A stretch of DNA of 64,000 bases from assembly GCA_947476645.1 (NCBI GenBank), contig CANJRM010000004.1, positions 7,533 through 71,532 of the forward strand, written 5' to 3'. Below, piece after piece: positions 60,412 to 64,000 of this stretch; positions within the stretch are counted from its first letter, which is position 1, and each line of letters begins with the position of its first letter. This stretch comes from Bacteroidota bacterium (GTDB lineage: Bacteria > Bacteroidota > Bacteroidia > Chitinophagales > LD1). The translations under genes were made by a program, and so were the position numbers. Under the pieces are notes generated by a model. It was not told the origin of the DNA. It searched no databases and saw only the letters and a program-made list of their open reading frames with translations.

Positions 60412-61359
60412 ATGAAAAAGACGAAGTATAATTTTAAGCAGGCTGAGTTATATACTATAGCTTACTTTATTCTGGAAGCAGTAAGTTCTTTACTGGGTAG
60501 ATTTACCGCATTTAAAGGAAAATATGTAGCCGCATGGGTAGCAGACCGCATTGCGCAAGTAGATGCCGCTGCGGATGAGCCCGATGAGGACCAACGCAGT
60601 GCCACGCACGAGGTGCTGCGTGTGCAGTTGCTGGCATTGGTGCAGCAATCGTTGATTGCTTTTAAAGCTATGGAGCGATATATTGCAGATGTGTTTCCGA
60701 TAGATGAGCAACAGATAAACATAGATGCCGCAGGCGGCACTCAATATGCCGATGCTGCTAATGATGATTTTGATGCGTGTGAACTGATGCTTAAAAATCT
60801 AAGCAAGTTTGCAGACGATAATGAAATACAATTATTAAACGGTGGTTTAAATATGCCCGCTATTTATAAAACGAATCTGGATTTGCTGAAGGTTTCGTTT
60901 AAGGAAGTGCATTTGAGTTTTATAGGTGCCGAAGGCGGTGCTGAAATAGGAACCGATGCAAAGATTGATTTGAACAATGCTGTTTATACGGAGATTATCA
61001 GTTCGATAAATGCGGATGCGCAGGTAATTTTTGATTCGGATGCTGATGCTGCGAAACGTAAACAGTTTGTGCTTGAGCATCAGTTGTTTTTAGTGCGCGG
61101 TGCAGGTGTAGCAGGGATGCGAGTGCATGTAACTGATAGTGCTGATGAACAGGATATAGCTGATGTGGAAATAAAAGTAACACCGGGAGATAAAGCAGTT
61201 AATACTGATGAGAACGGTCGCGCGCTTTTGCTTCAACTTGCAGCAGGTAATTACACGATAGCAGTGGCGAAAACCGGATATGTGACACAGGAAATTGCGG
61301 TGGCTGTGGAAACAGGAACTGTGAAAAGAGTTGATGTGGTGCTGGTGAAAAATCCGTAA
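60412..61359 (+). CDS. Hypothetical protein: helical N-domain + carboxypeptidase-regulatory-like domain
   Basis: Helical ~230 aa then TDENG...AGNYTIAVAKTGY; no signal peptide. Confidence 0.8.
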   Translation: MKKTKYNFKQAELYTIAYFILEAVSSLLGRFTAFKGKYVAAWVADRIAQVDAAADEPDEDQRSATHEVLRVQLLALVQQSLIAFKAMERYIADVFPIDEQQINIDAAGGTQYADAANDDFDACELMLKNLSKFADDNEIQLLNGGLNMPAIYKTNLDLLKVSFKEVHLSFIGAEGGAEIGTDAKIDLNNAVYTEIISSINADAQVIFDSDADAAKRKQFVLEHQLFLVRGAGVAGMRVHVTDSADEQDIADVEIKVTPGDKAVNTDENGRALLLQLAAGNYTIAVAKTGYVTQEIAVAVETGTVKRVDVVLVKNP

Positions 61360-61360
61360 T

Positions 61361-61396
61361 ACAGACACAAGACAATAGACTTTAGACGTGAGACAA
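61361..61396. repeat. 7-bp-period AGAC tract
   Basis: AGAC at 61363, 61370, 61377, 61384, 61391. Confidence 0.8.
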
Positions 61397-61459
61397 CAGC
61401 CCGCATTATTGCGGTTTGTTTGTATTGAATAGATTTATGAGCCGATTATTTTTTAGCTT

Positions 61460-61669
61460 TTACTTTCTTTTGGCTTGAACCAAAAGAAAGTAACAAAGAA
61501 AAGTTCAAGACTGTGTGACTTTTGGCTAAAAATCATTCCCACTGCCTAAACTGCACAAACTCGCGCATCAAAATTTAACATCGACAGTTAATGCTCGTTG
61601 GCGCTCAGACAGTGCGCAGTTTTTAACGGCAGTAAGAATGATTTTTTTAACGCCAAAATTCACAAGGTC
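61460..61669. ncRNA. Candidate structured RNA / non-autonomous element (pseudoknot, triplex-competent module, long rod)
   Basis: 14-bp perfect stem 61460-73/61480-93; loop CTTGAA complementary to TTCAAG 61504-09; stacked helices across 61509-61669; transcription not shown. Confidence 0.6.
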
Positions 61670-61751
61670 GTTCCTTATGTTGACAAAATGCATAGCTCAT
61701 ACCTAAAGGAAAAAATAAATAGAAGCAGTCATGAAAGATTGGGGCTGTTTG

Positions 61752-63536
61752 TTATTTTACTAATAACACCATTCCTTTGCGCTCCACCTTTACACCATCG
61801 TTGGCATAAAACTGAATAAGGTAAGCATAGCCGCCCTGCTGCGCTTCTTTGCCGTGGTCGTTTCCATCCCAACCAAGTGCAGGGTCGTTGCTTTCAAAAA
61901 CCATTCCTCCCCAGCGGTTAAATATAGTCAGGGTGTAACCCTTAGGGTCACCATATATAATAGTAGGTTTAAAAACATTGTTTACACCGTTAGGTGCAAA
62001 TGCATTGGGTATATAAATAATAGGGCGGTGAATAATGCAAAGCTCGTTTGAGAAACTCGAAAGTGTTTGATTGAAACCCGCAAGTGGCAAGTTTAAATCA
62101 TACACGGCTTCAATACGGTAACAAAAAATGCCGTCTGCTGTCAACAACTGTTGCAACGAATCAGAATAACTGTTTATCCCCGGCAGAAAAGTTTTAATCA
62201 ATTGATAACCGCTGCCCGAGTTGCGGTAAAGATTGTAACGCAGCACATGTGCGCTGTCAATTTCCAAATCGTTCCAGGTTAAGTTGGCAATGTAGTAATC
62301 GAACAGTTCGCCTTTCAAACAAATTGTTTTTGCTATAGCAGTGGGGTATTGATTCTGGCAACTGTCTACGGCCGTGGTGCGGTAGTAATAAGGACTGTGC
62401 TCGGGAGTTGCAATGGAGTCAACAAAAGTTTCGGAAGGATTAAGCGGAGAAGGTGCGTTCAACTGCGCCACGTTTGTAAAACTCAGATTATTTCCGCTGT
62501 TCTCTATGGTGTAATAAATGAGTTCTCCTGCCACATCAATAATCCAGGTAACCCAAACGTGGTTGGCTAAATCAACGGTTACATTAGTAATGTAATTGTA
62601 AGCAGGCGGCTGAACAATAGAAGCGCGCATGCACATGAGGTTGCTGTTTGAATACACGTTTGAATCAGCCGCACTAATGCCACGAATAAAAACGCAAAGC
62701 GAATCGCCATCATTATAATTAGTCAAACCGTAAGTCTGTGTGCCGCTGTCAACAAGTGCCACTATAGCAAATGCTCCTGAGTTTCTGCTGAGCCAAACTT
62801 CATATTGTTTAACTCCCTGCGGCCAGTTGATGTAGCGGTTCCAGTTAAATGTAATTTGCTTAACACAAGCGGCTGAAGATTGAGTAGCGTAAATAGTATT
62901 GTGCGGAAACGTATTGTATGAACTGAATTTATCGCATGAATCAAAAGCAGCTATAGTATAAGAAACAGATTGTGTAGTTGGGTCAGCAGCAAAATCAGTA
63001 GTGGTGGTATTGAATCTTCCGTAAACAGTATCGAAAGGGAACACCTGTCCGTTTTGCGCATAGTAGTAAATAACGTAGCCCTGGGTTTGTGGTGAAGAAT
63101 CAGGAGCCCAGTTGATAACTGCATCACCACTTTGCGTTACATCTACATTTACAATATCAGGCGTAGCGGGGTTAAGATTATTTACCGTATCTGATTGCAG
63201 CACCGTTGCACCCGGGCAATTGTAATCTGCTTCTATGTAGAAATACCAAGTTGGCGAAATTGAAATGGCATTTAAATATACAAATGATGTAGCTGCCTGA
63301 TTGCTTTCGGCAAAAGTATTGTAAGGACCAGAGCTACCAGTACTCGAAGCATAAATAGTGTATTGCACAAATGCACCGCAGGGATTTGCAGGAGGATTAG
63401 TCCAATACAAAGTAATGTTGCCGTTCGATGCATCGGTAATAACACATTGCAAATCGGGCGCTAAAATAATTTGGCTGAAACTTCGGAAGAAGAAAAGAAG
63501 AGAAAGGATGGAGATTAGAAAATGCTTTTTGTTCAC
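61752..63536 (-). CDS. T9SS type B (gliding-motility-associated CTD) protein with FN3-like repeats
   Basis: Signal peptide, repeated W...Y.IY beta modules, IYIPNAFAPNG...IFNRWG...GWDG CTD. Confidence 0.88.
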   Translation of the reverse strand: MNKKHFLISILSLLFFFRSFSQIILAPDLQCVITDASNGNITLYWTNPPANPCGAFVQYTIYASSTGSSGPYNTFAESNQAATSFVYLNAISISPTWYFYIEADYNCPGATVLQSDTVNNLNPATPDIVNVDVTQSGDAVINWAPDSSPQTQGYVIYYYAQNGQVFPFDTVYGRFNTTTTDFAADPTTQSVSYTIAAFDSCDKFSSYNTFPHNTIYATQSSAACVKQITFNWNRYINWPQGVKQYEVWLSRNSGAFAIVALVDSGTQTYGLTNYNDGDSLCVFIRGISAADSNVYSNSNLMCMRASIVQPPAYNYITNVTVDLANHVWVTWIIDVAGELIYYTIENSGNNLSFTNVAQLNAPSPLNPSETFVDSIATPEHSPYYYRTTAVDSCQNQYPTAIAKTICLKGELFDYYIANLTWNDLEIDSAHVLRYNLYRNSGSGYQLIKTFLPGINSYSDSLQQLLTADGIFCYRIEAVYDLNLPLAGFNQTLSSFSNELCIIHRPIIYIPNAFAPNGVNNVFKPTIIYGDPKGYTLTIFNRWGGMVFESNDPALGWDGNDHGKEAQQGGYAYLIQFYANDGVKVERKGMVLLVK

Positions 63537-63793
63537 GCTTATTTTTAAAGTGGCTGCAATTATAAAGAGTATAGATGAAACGGTTTAGTTGCAGCTATTA
63601 AACTTAAAAAAGGATTTCATTTTAATGTTTTGAAAAGCGGCAAAAACATGCCGTTGATAAAAAAACAAGCGTTTTTTTTTGGTATTCTGCTTATCCGTTT
63701 TATTTTTCCGACTGTTTTCAGCGAAAAGCTATCTTCAAAGAAGCTTTTTTACACTAACAAATTGAAAAAACTAACATTACAAAACTCACAAGC

Positions 63794-64000
63794 ATGAGAA
63801 AATTTTTATTCTGTACAACCCCGTCGTTCAGATCTGTTTTTCTGTTTACGGCAGTATTTTTTCTTCTGAATAATTCAGCAACCGCTCAGTGCGGTCTAAA
63901 TGCATTTGCAGAACCTGCCGGTGCACTTAACCCAACAAACAGTTGGCAAAGTGCCAGCGTAGGAAGTGCCACTTATGCCGATTTTAATGTTATCACCGGA
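63794..64000 (+). CDS. N-terminus of a secreted protein (runs off window end)
   Basis: MRKFLFCTTPSFRSVFLFTAVFFLLNNSATA-QCG...; open to the end; signal-peptide pattern. Confidence 0.65.
   Translation, partial: MRKFLFCTTPSFRSVFLFTAVFFLLNNSATAQCGLNAFAEPAGALNPTNSWQSASVGSATYADFNVITG

Noticed and set aside
61509-61669. Hammerhead or other known ribozyme in the rod
   Set aside because: Minus strand has CUGAGCG but no CUGAnGA/GAAA core in the correct junction
61598-61819. 73-aa plus-strand ORF
   Set aside because: Overlaps the structured element and the convergent gene end; no recognisable motif
1-64000. tRNA/rRNA genes, IS elements, integrases, reverse transcriptases (DGR/retron), prophage
   Set aside because: No such motifs recognised in the ORF track or intergenic regions by eye; tRNAscan-SE/Infernal would be needed to exclude small RNAs formally

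Overview
64-kb chromosomal segment of a Bacteroidota bacterium, probably Chitinophagales/Sphingobacteriales-like. The assignment rests on TAnnTT(T/C)G promoters, many T9SS type A/B C-terminal domains and RprXY. Housekeeping genes (gatB partial, alaS, queG, mnmA, rpsA, aroE, ftsZ, addAB-like pair, mnmD, priA) are interleaved with T9SS cargo genes and a probable phosphate-starvation cluster: EEP sphingomyelinase/phospholipase, PhoR, DUF47, a TonB receptor and a beta-helix partner, with 11-bp-spaced TTAA(C/T) boxes. No rRNA, tRNA, CRISPR array, transposase, integrase or phage gene was seen. The most unusual signals are: (1) a ~210-nt structured element at 61460-61669 with a 14-bp hairpin, loop pseudoknot, exact 8-nt purine mirror repeat (triplex-competent) and a long multi-helix rod; (2) two accessory islets (about 16.0-20.1 kb and 59.65-61.7 kb), each built around a signal-peptide-less 'helical domain + carboxypeptidase-regulatory-like' gene with periodic purine-rich DNA upstream and palindromes nearby; (3) 7-bp-period tracts at gene ends and inside CDSs; (4) an in-frame palindrome in priA. 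All product calls come from motif recognition by eye; no database search was run.
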